In this document: in pieces, positions 47,990 to 57,933 of the stretch
Layout of the letters: each line of letters begins with the position of its first letter
Numbering within the stretch: position 1 is the first letter of the stretch
Source of the DNA: Patescibacteria group bacterium
GTDB taxonomy: Bacteria > Patescibacteriota > Patescibacteriia > UM-FILTER-42-10
Direction of reading: 5' to 3'
DNA: 64,000 bases
NCBI GenBank assembly: GCA_041664365.1
Contig: JBAYKW010000003.1
Span: 28,696-92,695 of the forward strand
Program-made: the position numbers and the translations under genes
The notes under the pieces: model-generated
What the model was told of the DNA's origin: nothing
Databases searched by the model: none
Seen by the model: the letters and a program-made list of their open reading frames with translations, nothing else

Positions 47990-49624
47990 ATGAATAGAAT
48001 GCCTGAAAAGAAAATTAAGCATATTAATAACCAAGATTCATGGATGCTGGCTGAAGACATCCCTGATATTGATTTGTTTTTTTCTCAAATTTGGTTATCC
48101 TGCCTTGCTAATGAGTTCGCCCGTCCGGGAGGATATGCCAATGAAAAAGTTATGACTATTTTCAGAGGCTACCATATGTGGTTCTATTTTGGCGAGGAAG
48201 ATTCATTCAAACAGGGTCAGCATCTAGTTGAAAGGTTTGTTAAAAACCTTCAGTTTGCAGCGGAAGCGAATGAAGAGATTGTAAAATGGTCTGACAAACT
48301 GCGCTATTTTGCGCATAATCTCCCGCAGGAGAATTTAGAAAAACTCACTAGAAAACAGTTATGGTTTTTTTATCAGAGACACGATGAAGTTCACACAAAA
48401 TATTATCAGTGGTACTGGCTTCCGGTTGCAGCCGACATGTTCCACGGAAATTTTACCGAAGAGATGAAAAAATATTTGAAGTCGATTGGGGTGGAAAAAG
48501 ATAAAATAAATGAATATCTGGTAATTTTAACTGCTCCCGAAAACAAGTCTCTAATCCAGATTGAACGTGAAGAATTTCTGACTATCGCGTCAAAAATCCA
48601 GAAAGACCCGTATCATAAAAAACTTTTCCAGAGATTATATCAGGAATTTATGGAGTACAATGGATTGCCAAATGGGATGGAGAATCATGCACCCGAATAT
48701 GAATTGGCTTTTGAAAAGAAGGTTGCAGATATAAAGGATAATATTAAGATGGAAATTCTGAAATTAATTCAGGATCACTACATTAAATACCATTATGTTA
48801 GATATATGTGGATTGGCCGTGACGATATCTATACATATGATTATTATCTCAAAGAGTTAGTGAAGCTGATTGGTGAAGACGTTAACTTCGGGGAAATATT
48901 GAAAAATGAAATCAATCAGCATAAAAATTTGATAACAAAAAAGAATGCGCTAATTAAAAAACTGAAGATTGGTAAGGATTGGAGGGTAATTTTAGCCGGT
49001 TGGTCAGAATTCATGGTAACTAAAATCCATGGCCGGTTCGCGCAAATTTACACAATCTACAACATGCAGCCGGTTTTAGGTGAAATTGCCAGAAGGCTGG
49101 ATATTTCACTCATGCAGGCAAGATTTATGATGAAATCAGAGGTCAGAGATGCGTTGATTGGGGGTAAGAAACCGGATAAGAAAACATTGCAAAAAAGGAC
49201 GAAATTCTGCGTGTATTATGTAGAAAAGGGAATTGAGAAAATATATACCGGCAATCAGGCAAAAAAAATGGCTGAAAAAACCACAATGACTGTTAATGAG
49301 GAAATCACAGAAATAAACGGACAATGCGGATGCGTGGGGAGAGGGAAAGGGAAGGTCAGATTGATAATCAGGGCTTCTGACATGGGAAAAATGAAAAACG
49401 GCGATGTTTTAGTTTCAATCGCAACTAATCCTGGCATAGTCGCGGCAATGAAAAAAGCTTCGGCAATCGTAACTGATCAGGGCGGGATTACTTCGCATGC
49501 GGCTATTATTGCCAGGGAACTGGGTATTCCATGCGTAATCGGCACAAAAATTGCGACAAAAGTATTCAAAGACGGAGATTTGGTGGAGGTGGATGCTACT
49601 AAAGGAATGGTGAGAAAATTGTGA
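47990..49624 (+). CDS. PEP-utilizer mobile (phospho-His) domain protein 1 with a large helical N-terminal domain
   Basis: C-terminal GDVLV..T.P...AIVTDQGGITSHAAIIARELGIPCVIG. Confidence 0.88.
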   Translation: MNRMPEKKIKHINNQDSWMLAEDIPDIDLFFSQIWLSCLANEFARPGGYANEKVMTIFRGYHMWFYFGEEDSFKQGQHLVERFVKNLQFAAEANEEIVKWSDKLRYFAHNLPQENLEKLTRKQLWFFYQRHDEVHTKYYQWYWLPVAADMFHGNFTEEMKKYLKSIGVEKDKINEYLVILTAPENKSLIQIEREEFLTIASKIQKDPYHKKLFQRLYQEFMEYNGLPNGMENHAPEYELAFEKKVADIKDNIKMEILKLIQDHYIKYHYVRYMWIGRDDIYTYDYYLKELVKLIGEDVNFGEILKNEINQHKNLITKKNALIKKLKIGKDWRVILAGWSEFMVTKIHGRFAQIYTIYNMQPVLGEIARRLDISLMQARFMMKSEVRDALIGGKKPDKKTLQKRTKFCVYYVEKGIEKIYTGNQAKKMAEKTTMTVNEEITEINGQCGCVGRGKGKVRLIIRASDMGKMKNGDVLVSIATNPGIVAAMKKASAIVTDQGGITSHAAIIARELGIPCVIGTKIATKVFKDGDLVEVDATKGMVRKL

Positions 49625-49646
49625 TAATATATTCATTCTATCGAGG

Positions 49647-49701
49647 TGTCCTGTACCACTAAATGGTACAGGACAACCCCGCACCCAAGGTGGTGCGGGG
49701 T
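49647..49701. repeat. Two adjacent perfect palindromes
   Basis: TGTCCTGTACCA-CTAAA-TGGTACAGGACA and ACCCCGCACC-CAAGGT-GGTGCGGGGT. Confidence 0.7.
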
Positions 49702-49767
49702 AGACGCGACAAGGGGAGTTGTTAAAAAGATTTAAGGTTAATACATTTAATATAATTTATTTAAAAT

Positions 49768-50676
49768 ATGCCAGATCATTTTAAACCAGAACAACAATTA
49801 GCAAATCCAGAAAGAGAAAGGGAATATACTTCTAGAGTTTTACTTCATTTTTTTCGCCATGGAGAAAAGGAGTCTATCCCAGGTAGAACAAACGAAGAAC
49901 AGATGTTGACAGCCGCTGGCCGCCGTCAAGGTTTGGAAACTGGACTAATGAGACCGGAAGCTAAGCCATCAGCTATGGCCTTTGGTAGTGATATACCTAG
50001 ATCTCAAGAAATGGCCGGTTTTGACCTAGCCGGAGCTCAAAGACGAGAAGATATTAGTGGAGATGAATCATTGGATGAATTAAGGGATATATTAGACCAA
50101 GATATTAAAATAGGTACCAAATTAGCAGTAGATCCGCGACTGGGTTTTCATTATGACGATCCGGGATTATTAGCTGAGGCTACTAAAGCTTATAAAAATG
50201 GACAGGCATTAAAATTTGTTGTTGAGAATAGTGATGAAATAGCCAAAAATGCGGGTGATAACGATAGTACAACATATGCTAAATCAGCAGCTAATGTTTC
50301 AGAGATACTTAATAAGTATATGACAATTGCGTCCCGTTTTGATCAGATTGTCAGCGATGAGGATAAAAAAGAAAAATATAGTGATACGCTGGAGAGATTC
50401 ATGGGTTCGCATGCCGGTGTGATAGATGTTTTTTTATGTAAGGTAGTGGAAAAATTAAAAGGCGTGGAAGTGCGAAATAAATTAGTGCAAGCATTGAATA
50501 ATAACGGTTTTAATTTTGCTGAGGGTTTTGATATAGAAATTGATGTGATAAATGGTGAAACGCAAATGCGTATCAAGTATTCAAAACCAGAAGATGAACG
50601 CGGTGAAGCTTTTGAAATTGATGAGATGATTCCCAGGGAGATGCTAGAAGAAATGATGGAAGCGGGAGGAAAATAG
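49768..50676 (+). CDS. Histidine phosphatase superfamily protein
   Basis: FFRHGEK, LT..GR, PRSQEMA and second His in GSHAG. Confidence 0.82.
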   Translation: MPDHFKPEQQLANPEREREYTSRVLLHFFRHGEKESIPGRTNEEQMLTAAGRRQGLETGLMRPEAKPSAMAFGSDIPRSQEMAGFDLAGAQRREDISGDESLDELRDILDQDIKIGTKLAVDPRLGFHYDDPGLLAEATKAYKNGQALKFVVENSDEIAKNAGDNDSTTYAKSAANVSEILNKYMTIASRFDQIVSDEDKKEKYSDTLERFMGSHAGVIDVFLCKVVEKLKGVEVRNKLVQALNNNGFNFAEGFDIEIDVINGETQMRIKYSKPEDERGEAFEIDEMIPREMLEEMMEAGGK

Positions 50677-50706
50677 TAATTTTATCAATCATTAAATAAA
50701 AATTTT

Positions 50707-52197
50707 ATGGCGGGAGCAGTAATAAGATCAGGAGAGTGGAGGATTAAGCCGTCCGGTAAATTACCAATTTTTTTGCGTTTTATGATTAACTCTAGCTTTA
50801 GCCATGAAATTGCCAATCAAGTTGGCTTTAAGAATCATATAGTAAATCGAGTTTATTTGAATCATATGATGTACTGGCCGGCAAAAGAATATGATGCTTT
50901 TGAAACAGAAATAATTAATAACTTAAAGCAGGATAATTATTGGCTTGATAACTATTGCAACAGAGAACTTAAAAATTCAGAAGAACTTTATAATTTAGGT
51001 TTAAAATTACAAAAAACTGATTGGTCAAAAAAAAGTAATTTAGAGATGAAAAAAACTTTAGATAGTCTGTTAAATAAATATAAATTGTTATCATGCTCAT
51101 GGTATGCACAGTACCCGATTGATATTTATTATGAAGATAGAATAGAGGAATTTTTGCTAAAATATATAAAAATATCCAACTCTGATTTTAGAAAATTAGT
51201 TTTGATTTTTACTGACCCTAAGGAAATGACTGAAGTAGCTGAAGAAAGGTGGAAATTAATAACAATCGCAAATAAATTTAAAAAGAATAAAGAAGATTTA
51301 AATAACTTATCAAAATCAGCAGACAATGATTTAAATAATCATTTAGATAGATTCGCTTATATCAATCGCGGTTTAGCTACCAGTAAGCCTTATACTAGAC
51401 AAGATATAATTGATAGGATAAAAGAGTCTTTGCATAGCAAAGAAGGTCTTAATAAATTGATCAATAATAGTTCGCCTGAAAAAGTAAAAGAGGATTATAA
51501 CTGGGCATTAAGTCAAATTAAACCAGAAGCTGATTTTAAACGTACAATTGAACAAGCTCGTTTACATTCCTATACTAGAAACAGAAGGGTAGAGGCTTTT
51601 TTTAGAGCCGACTTTGGAGCTAGTTTTATGTATCATGAAATTGCCAGAAGAAACAAATTCAACGAGGATTGGGTAATGGAATTATCTGTAGAGGAAATGT
51701 ATGGTGCTTTAGATGGTAAAATATTACCAGACAAGACCGAAATGCAACGTCGTTTTACCAACTATGCCATGGTTGTTGAAGATGCCAAAACAAAATTAGT
51801 TGTTGATCCTAAGGAAATAAAAAAGTTAGAAGAAAAATATAGTGTTGAGATTGTGGATTCTAATGAATTGCAAGGTAAAATGGCTAGTTTGGGCGGGATA
51901 ATCAGGGGGAGGGCCAAAATATGCTTAGACAAGAAAGATATTGGTAAAATAGAAAGAGGGGACATCTTGGTAGCTCAGTTTACTACGCCTGACTTTGTCC
52001 CAGCGATGGAAAAAGCTGCTGCGATTGTTGCTGATCAAGGCGGGCTATCTTCCCACGCCGCTATTGTTTCAAGAGAGCTGGGAGTGCCGTGCGTCATAGA
52101 TACTAAAAATGGTACTCGAATTATTAAGGACAATGATTTACTGGAGATCAATGCTCAAACAGGCTTAGTTAAAATATTAGAAAGAGCAAAAGAATAA
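50707..52197 (+). CDS. PEP-utilizer mobile domain protein 2
   Basis: GDILVAQFTTPDF...[20 protein letters not shown]. Confidence 0.88.
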   Translation: MAGAVIRSGEWRIKPSGKLPIFLRFMINSSFSHEIANQVGFKNHIVNRVYLNHMMYWPAKEYDAFETEIINNLKQDNYWLDNYCNRELKNSEELYNLGLKLQKTDWSKKSNLEMKKTLDSLLNKYKLLSCSWYAQYPIDIYYEDRIEEFLLKYIKISNSDFRKLVLIFTDPKEMTEVAEERWKLITIANKFKKNKEDLNNLSKSADNDLNNHLDRFAYINRGLATSKPYTRQDIIDRIKESLHSKEGLNKLINNSSPEKVKEDYNWALSQIKPEADFKRTIEQARLHSYTRNRRVEAFFRADFGASFMYHEIARRNKFNEDWVMELSVEEMYGALDGKILPDKTEMQRRFTNYAMVVEDAKTKLVVDPKEIKKLEEKYSVEIVDSNELQGKMASLGGIIRGRAKICLDKKDIGKIERGDILVAQFTTPDFVPAMEKAAAIVADQGGLSSHAAIVSRELGVPCVIDTKNGTRIIKDNDLLEINAQTGLVKILERAKE

Positions 52198-52201
52198 GAC
52201 A

Positions 52202-53593
52202 ATGCTAAAAGATAAAGCTAGAATTAATTTGGATATCAAATTCATTGCCGACAAAACGTCGGGGATCTCCTGTGAACCATTTTTGGCTTCTATACCACTC
52301 AAAGTAGTTGAAGCTAACAATTATCGGCATTTAATTAAATTCCCTTTTTATGGTTTAAGTATCAATTGTCGTCAGAAGTATGCCGACGAATATATAGATG
52401 AAGCTAAATATGAAGGAGAGACTAATAAGCTATTAGTTTATGTAAGAAAAAATGGTCCTAAATATATACAAGATATTGCTACTTTAATTACTCAAGAAGC
52501 CAAGGATTTTAAGAAATATTCAGATAAGCTCATAGCCAAAATACCTAAACTTAGTAATCGCCAATTAGTTGACCAGATGACGTCTTATGTTAATCACTAT
52601 GCTTATCATTTTGGCTTAGGGGGGCCAACTTTTGTTTATGAAGCTATTTTATCGGCTCGGATCACTGAATCACTGTTTTTCCGGTACCAAGAGGCGCCGC
52701 AAATTATTAACCAGCTTTTGGCTGGTAAACACCAAAGTTTCATGGTGGATAGTGAAAAACTACTTTTAAAAATCAAGCAAGAAAAAAGTAAAAGACAAAA
52801 AGATGCTTTAATAAAAAAGTATATTAAAGAATTTTACTATATGGGCCCGGCTTATATCTACACAAAACCTTTGAATGCAAGTAGAGTCCTTAAGTTGGCA
52901 GCTACTGCTATGGCATCCAAACATCAATCATTTGAAAAAATAAAAGGTTTTAAACTTTTACCTGAGGAAAAATTAATTATCGATATTTTAAAACCGACGG
53001 AAATAATTCGTGATAAAAGAAAGTATATCAATCATATTGGTTCTTACACTTTATCTAGATTCTTAGATGAAGCAGTCAAAAGGTCTGGTGTGCCAATGAG
53101 TTTAGCTGTTAAGTCTTTCTGGTTTGAATACAGTGATTTAGTTTTTTCACCACAGATAATTAGGAGGAAACTGCAAAAAAGGAGTAAGGTCTCACTTGTG
53201 GCAGTTGATAATAATTTAATGTATCTAGAGGGAGATAGGATAAAAAACAGATTGCCGGTAAATAAAGGACAGCGATCTTTCATTGGTATTTCAGCATGCC
53301 AAGGAAAAACTACTGGTAAGGTACGCGTAATTCTGGGACCGTCAGATTTTAGAAAATTTAAGATAGGAGAGATACTGGTAACTGATATGACCAGGCCGGA
53401 TTTCATGCCAATTATCCGTCATGCTAGAGCCATTATTACAAATGAGGGAGGGCTTACTTCTCACGCGGCTGTTATTTCCAGGGAGCTTAATATTCCCTGC
53501 GTACTGGGCACTAAAGTTGCGACCAGAATATTAAAGGACGGAGATTTCGTGGAAGTAGACGCAAATCGCGGTATAATAAAAAAATTAAAATAG
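52202..53593 (+). CDS. PEP-utilizer mobile domain protein 3
   Basis: GEILVTDMTRPDF...NEGGLTSHAAVISRELNIPC. Confidence 0.88.
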   Translation: MLKDKARINLDIKFIADKTSGISCEPFLASIPLKVVEANNYRHLIKFPFYGLSINCRQKYADEYIDEAKYEGETNKLLVYVRKNGPKYIQDIATLITQEAKDFKKYSDKLIAKIPKLSNRQLVDQMTSYVNHYAYHFGLGGPTFVYEAILSARITESLFFRYQEAPQIINQLLAGKHQSFMVDSEKLLLKIKQEKSKRQKDALIKKYIKEFYYMGPAYIYTKPLNASRVLKLAATAMASKHQSFEKIKGFKLLPEEKLIIDILKPTEIIRDKRKYINHIGSYTLSRFLDEAVKRSGVPMSLAVKSFWFEYSDLVFSPQIIRRKLQKRSKVSLVAVDNNLMYLEGDRIKNRLPVNKGQRSFIGISACQGKTTGKVRVILGPSDFRKFKIGEILVTDMTRPDFMPIIRHARAIITNEGGLTSHAAVISRELNIPCVLGTKVATRILKDGDFVEVDANRGIIKKLK

Positions 53594-53597
53594 TTTT

Positions 53598-55103
53598 ATG
53601 AAATATGTAGAAGGTCTGCTGAAAAAAAATCTTAAAAAATGGAGTGGTAAAAAATGGTACCATCAGCGGTTTGATGGAGCGCCATATTTAATCCATACAA
53701 TAGCAGAAGCGGAAATAACTGTAGATATCAAAAAGAAAAAGGGAACGCATAATGCTGTCCATTATTGCTTTTTTAATGATGGCAAAGCTGACTGGTATAT
53801 TGAAATAGAAGATATGAAGAGGGTCTACTCGGCTGTATTGAAGGCCGGTAAAAAAAATTATCAACTGGGTCGTACTATGATTTCTGCTTGGCAGCCACAG
53901 CAAGATAGTTTTTACAAAAAGTGTTTGGAAATTGATAAAGTCAACTTAAAAATTCTAAAAAATCAAGAGTTAATAAAGTTACATGATGAGTTTCTGGAAA
54001 TAATCTTACATAAAAACAGTTGTAGTTCTATTATCGATGGATTCGCTTTAGGAACGGATGAAATTGTAGCCGAAATGATACAAAAAATATACGATGTCAA
54101 TCCAATAAATAAAAAATTAAGATTTGCGGAAGTATTTTCTATTCTGACTGCTCCAGTTCATTTGTCTTTTATTAATGAAGCGGAAATAGAGCTCTTGCAA
54201 ATTGCAAAGGCTGTTAAGAGGGGAGAAAATAAAAACAAATTATTGAAGGAGTATCAGAAAAAATATTTCTGGATTAGAAACAATTATATTGATGCCAACA
54301 TACTGACATTCAATCATTTCGCGAATGAATTGAAAAAGATTCTTTCACAAAAGACCAATATTGATAAAAAGATAAATAATATTAAAAATACACCGACCAG
54401 AAGTAGGCTGTTAAAAGATAAATTAATTGTAGAATTGAAAATAAGCAAGGAATTAAAATTTTTATTAAAAACATCAGAGGATTTTACATATTGGCAAGAC
54501 GAAAGAAAGCGGGGAACATTCTGGATTGCGCATTATACCTATTTGATATTAAAAGAGATTTGTCGTCGTACGGGTATTACTCCGGAAGAAATAAAATATT
54601 TATCACCACGCGAAGTAAGTGAAATATTTAAAAATAAGGTAAATAGAAAATTATTACAACAAAGAATCAAAGCTTGTGTTTTTTATTGGGATTTAAATGG
54701 ACACGAAGCAGTGGTCGGTAAGGATTATAAAAATGTGATGCATGAAATATTAGGAAATAAAAAGTTATCAGATGTTGATGATTTTCGAGGGCTGACTGCC
54801 TGCATGGGAAAGGCACGCGGTCAGGTTAGAATAGTCCATAGTGCTAGGGAAGTTAATAAAGTTGAGCAAGGTGATATATTAGTTGCTGTTATGACTAGGC
54901 CGGATTATGTACCGGCAATGAAGAAAGCGGCGGCTATTATAACTGATGAGGGAGGCTTAACTTGCCACGCAGCTATAATATCGCGGGAGTTAAATATCCC
55001 TTGTATTATCGGGACTAAGATTGCCACCAAAGTTCTCAAAGATGGTATGGAAGTAGAGGTCAATGCAAATCATAGTTGGGTAAAAATTATCAAAAAAATA
55101 TGA
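53598..55103 (+). CDS. PEP-utilizer mobile domain protein 4
   Basis: GDILVAVMTRPDY...DEGGLTCHAAIISRELNIPC. Confidence 0.88.
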   Translation: MKYVEGLLKKNLKKWSGKKWYHQRFDGAPYLIHTIAEAEITVDIKKKKGTHNAVHYCFFNDGKADWYIEIEDMKRVYSAVLKAGKKNYQLGRTMISAWQPQQDSFYKKCLEIDKVNLKILKNQELIKLHDEFLEIILHKNSCSSIIDGFALGTDEIVAEMIQKIYDVNPINKKLRFAEVFSILTAPVHLSFINEAEIELLQIAKAVKRGENKNKLLKEYQKKYFWIRNNYIDANILTFNHFANELKKILSQKTNIDKKINNIKNTPTRSRLLKDKLIVELKISKELKFLLKTSEDFTYWQDERKRGTFWIAHYTYLILKEICRRTGITPEEIKYLSPREVSEIFKNKVNRKLLQQRIKACVFYWDLNGHEAVVGKDYKNVMHEILGNKKLSDVDDFRGLTACMGKARGQVRIVHSAREVNKVEQGDILVAVMTRPDYVPAMKKAAAIITDEGGLTCHAAIISRELNIPCIIGTKIATKVLKDGMEVEVNANHSWVKIIKKI

Positions 55104-55117
55104 TTTAGGAAATTGAA

Positions 55118-56509
55118 ATGAATAGTAAAGCAAACAAATATAATTGGAAAAAATTGTGGGCAAGAAATTATACCCCATTTATGATGGAGTCATTTATTCA
55201 TGTTTTTCAAAAAACAGCCAATTTAAATATGTCTAATAATAAACTAGTTGTCCCGGATGGTAAGCTCTATGCGATTTATTTTGAAGAAAAGGAATTTGGA
55301 CAACTGACTGAAAATTATAAACGTTTGCTTCTGAAGAAAGACATAAAAGACTTTGCAGTTGCTTATGAACAGTCGTTTAAAAATTTTAATAATTGGTCTA
55401 AGAAAATTACTGATAGAGATTTTAGCAAACTTACTAATCAGCAGTTAGCTCGTTTTATCAAAGTCCTTCATAAAAAACTCATCATATTTTCCGAGCAGCA
55501 ATTTTGCGCTTTTCTGGTTTTAGAAGGTATGGGTCGAGAAATTGAGCGTATTTTTGCTGAGCAGCCTGAAATTTTGCATGCCATAGGTACTCCCTACCGC
55601 TTTACCAAAATAGTAAAAGCAAGGGTTGAATTACTGAAATTAAAAACGAGAGGAAAAGTAACAAACAAAGATTTACAAAATTATATTCGTCGAAATTCCT
55701 GGCTTTCAGTTTACCAATTTACTGACAATTTACTGACAGTCGATAATGTTAAAGAAGAATTATCTGGGATAAAACATTCTCAGACCGAATTAAAACGTCT
55801 AATCACTAACCAAAAAAAAGATTTAAAGCAATACAAAGTATTTGTAAAAAATCTTAAGGACAAAAAACTAAAAAAGATGGTGGCGATAGTTCATGCTTTT
55901 GCCTATCTAAAAGAAATGCGTGACGATTATAGACGTCATGCTTATTACTATTATGCTGGATTTTGGCAAGAAATTAGCAAGAGGTTGAGTATTTTGTTCA
56001 CAGAAACAAATTATTTGGTATCTGAAGAGCTACAAGAAGTATTAATGGGATCAAAAAAAATAAACTATAAGAAATTGGTAAAAGAAAGAAAAAATAGTTA
56101 CGCACTCGTTCTTAAAGAAGGCAAGCTAAGTATTTATAGTGGTAAAAAAGCAAATACAATAACTGCGTTGATTAAACCAATAGCACACAGTAAGGAATTA
56201 TCGGGTTATACTGCCTGCCAAGGGAAAGCTAAGGGCAGGGTAAATATAATTTCACATCATGGTGAACTGAAAAAATTTAAAAAAGGAGATATTTTAGTAA
56301 CTAGCATGACTCATCCTGAGTTTATAAGTATAATGAAAAAAGCATCGGCAATTGTTACTGATGAAGGGGGAATTACTTGCCATGCTGCTATTGTGTCTAG
56401 AGAATTAGGGATTCCTTGTATAATTGGCACGAAAATTGCCACCAAAGTATTTAAAGACGGGGATATGGTGGAAGTGGATGCAACGAAAGGAATAGTAAAA
56501 AAGCTGTAA
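55118..56509 (+). CDS. PEP-utilizer mobile domain protein 5
   Basis: [13 protein letters not shown]...[20 protein letters not shown]. Confidence 0.88.
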   Translation: MNSKANKYNWKKLWARNYTPFMMESFIHVFQKTANLNMSNNKLVVPDGKLYAIYFEEKEFGQLTENYKRLLLKKDIKDFAVAYEQSFKNFNNWSKKITDRDFSKLTNQQLARFIKVLHKKLIIFSEQQFCAFLVLEGMGREIERIFAEQPEILHAIGTPYRFTKIVKARVELLKLKTRGKVTNKDLQNYIRRNSWLSVYQFTDNLLTVDNVKEELSGIKHSQTELKRLITNQKKDLKQYKVFVKNLKDKKLKKMVAIVHAFAYLKEMRDDYRRHAYYYYAGFWQEISKRLSILFTETNYLVSEELQEVLMGSKKINYKKLVKERKNSYALVLKEGKLSIYSGKKANTITALIKPIAHSKELSGYTACQGKAKGRVNIISHHGELKKFKKGDILVTSMTHPEFISIMKKASAIVTDEGGITCHAAIVSRELGIPCIIGTKIATKVFKDGDMVEVDATKGIVKKL

Positions 56510-56545
56510 TAATAGAAAATATAATTAATTAATTTAAGAATTATT

Positions 56546-57481
56546 ATGCCAGAACCCGGATTTAAACCAAAACAGCCCGGTCTTCAACCAGAACAACAAG
56601 AGCGAAAAGAGTGGGGTCGCAACGTAGCGCTTACATTAAAAATAATGCGTCATGGGGATCGTGACAAACAAAAAAACTTAAGTGAATATGGCCGAAAGGA
56701 AACCCGTCAGCGTGCAAAGGATTTAGGCATTAAACCGGATGATTTTGATGCAATCAAAGCAATCGGTTCAAGTGCCGGTCCGGAAAGAGAAATAGAAGTA
56801 AATGGCAAAAAAGTTTCTATGGGCAGGGCTTTAGAAACTGCCCATATCTATGCGGACGAGCTGGATAGTGAAAATGAATTTGTGACTCGTGTAAATGATT
56901 TGTTGAATTTTGAAACGATCAAAACGCCGGCTCCTCATGACCATACTGCGGTTTATAATTCTAATCTGCCGGAAAATTATGATGATTTAGATGAAGTAGC
57001 GAAGGCGAAGGCGGCGGAAGATGCGCAGATCGCTACAGTTAATTACGTATTCAGCTTGCATAATCCGGAAGCGGAAGCATGGAAAAGGGAACAGGCAGGT
57101 GCTTTTGCTTATTTGGTGGAGCATTATCAAAAACTAGTAAAAAAATTAAAAAATAATTCAAGAGTATTAATACCCGCCGGCAGTCATGGCCCAACTATTG
57201 AAATTTTACTTCAACAGGCTTTAGTCATTAAGAAAGAAGACGGCACAGAACAGGTTGGCTTTGACAATATTGATGATATTGGCGGGCCTTCGCAGCCTTC
57301 TGATTCTTATAATATTGAAATTGTTACTGATGAAAATGGTGAATTCCAGGATTTAGTGGTGACCTTTGATGATCCAGACAGACCGCAATTTGAAATGCGG
57401 TTGGACGGGGATAGAATAAGAGAGCTTGCCGAATTTTATGAAGAACTTCATCCTGTGGAAAGATATAACCCAGGGGGATAA
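56546..57481 (+). CDS. Histidine phosphatase superfamily protein (paralog of 49768)
   Basis: IMRHGDR, LSEYGR, GRALETA and GSHGP. Confidence 0.82.
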   Translation: MPEPGFKPKQPGLQPEQQERKEWGRNVALTLKIMRHGDRDKQKNLSEYGRKETRQRAKDLGIKPDDFDAIKAIGSSAGPEREIEVNGKKVSMGRALETAHIYADELDSENEFVTRVNDLLNFETIKTPAPHDHTAVYNSNLPENYDDLDEVAKAKAAEDAQIATVNYVFSLHNPEAEAWKREQAGAFAYLVEHYQKLVKKLKNNSRVLIPAGSHGPTIEILLQQALVIKKEDGTEQVGFDNIDDIGGPSQPSDSYNIEIVTDENGEFQDLVVTFDDPDRPQFEMRLDGDRIRELAEFYEELHPVERYNPGG

Positions 57482-57510
57482 ATTCAGAATGACAGAGAGT
57501 ATTTAAAAAC

Positions 57511-57542
57511 AAAAAACTCGGCCAGATCAGCCGGGTTTTTTT
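57511..57542. terminator. Bidirectional terminator
   Basis: AAAAAACTCGGC-CAGATCA-GCCGGGTTTTTT between convergent genes. Confidence 0.75.
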
Positions 57543-57555
57543 AATTTGGTTTATT

Positions 57556-57927
57556 CTATTGCTTTGGTGCAGAGTTAAGAATATTGGAAATCAACTTTTT
57601 AATATCATCTATATGGATATTGTCCTTTTGCAGGAAATATTTGACACCTAAAGCTTTAACTTTTTCTTCGTTACCGTCTTGGCCTAGAGATGAAAGGACA
57701 ATAACAGGTATCGTTGATTCTTTATTTTGTTTTAAGAAATCAAAACCCCCCATCACTGGCATCATAATATCCAGCATAATTACGTCCGGCTGGAATTCTT
57801 TTACCAGATCCAAACCTGCTTGCCCATTATCCGCTGTCCTGACATCGTACCCTTCAGGAACAAGGGATGATTTAATAACTTGTTGAATAGCGCTATCATC
57901 ATCAATTACTAAGATTTTTTTTGTCAT
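57556..57927 (-). CDS. Single-domain response regulator (receiver only)
   Basis: ILVIDDD, LDIMMP..GG.DFL, PVIVLS and K. Confidence 0.93.
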   Translation of the reverse strand: MTKKILVIDDDSAIQQVIKSSLVPEGYDVRTADNGQAGLDLVKEFQPDVIMLDIMMPVMGGFDFLKQNKESTIPVIVLSSLGQDGNEEKVKALGVKYFLQKDNIHIDDIKKLISNILNSAPKQ

Positions 57928-57933
57928 AATAAT

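Noticed and set aside
47990-56509. Calling the five genes ppsA/ppdK/ptsI or fragments of one pseudogene
   Set aside because: Each is a long intact ORF with its own His domain; none has the PEP-binding barrel or ATP-grasp
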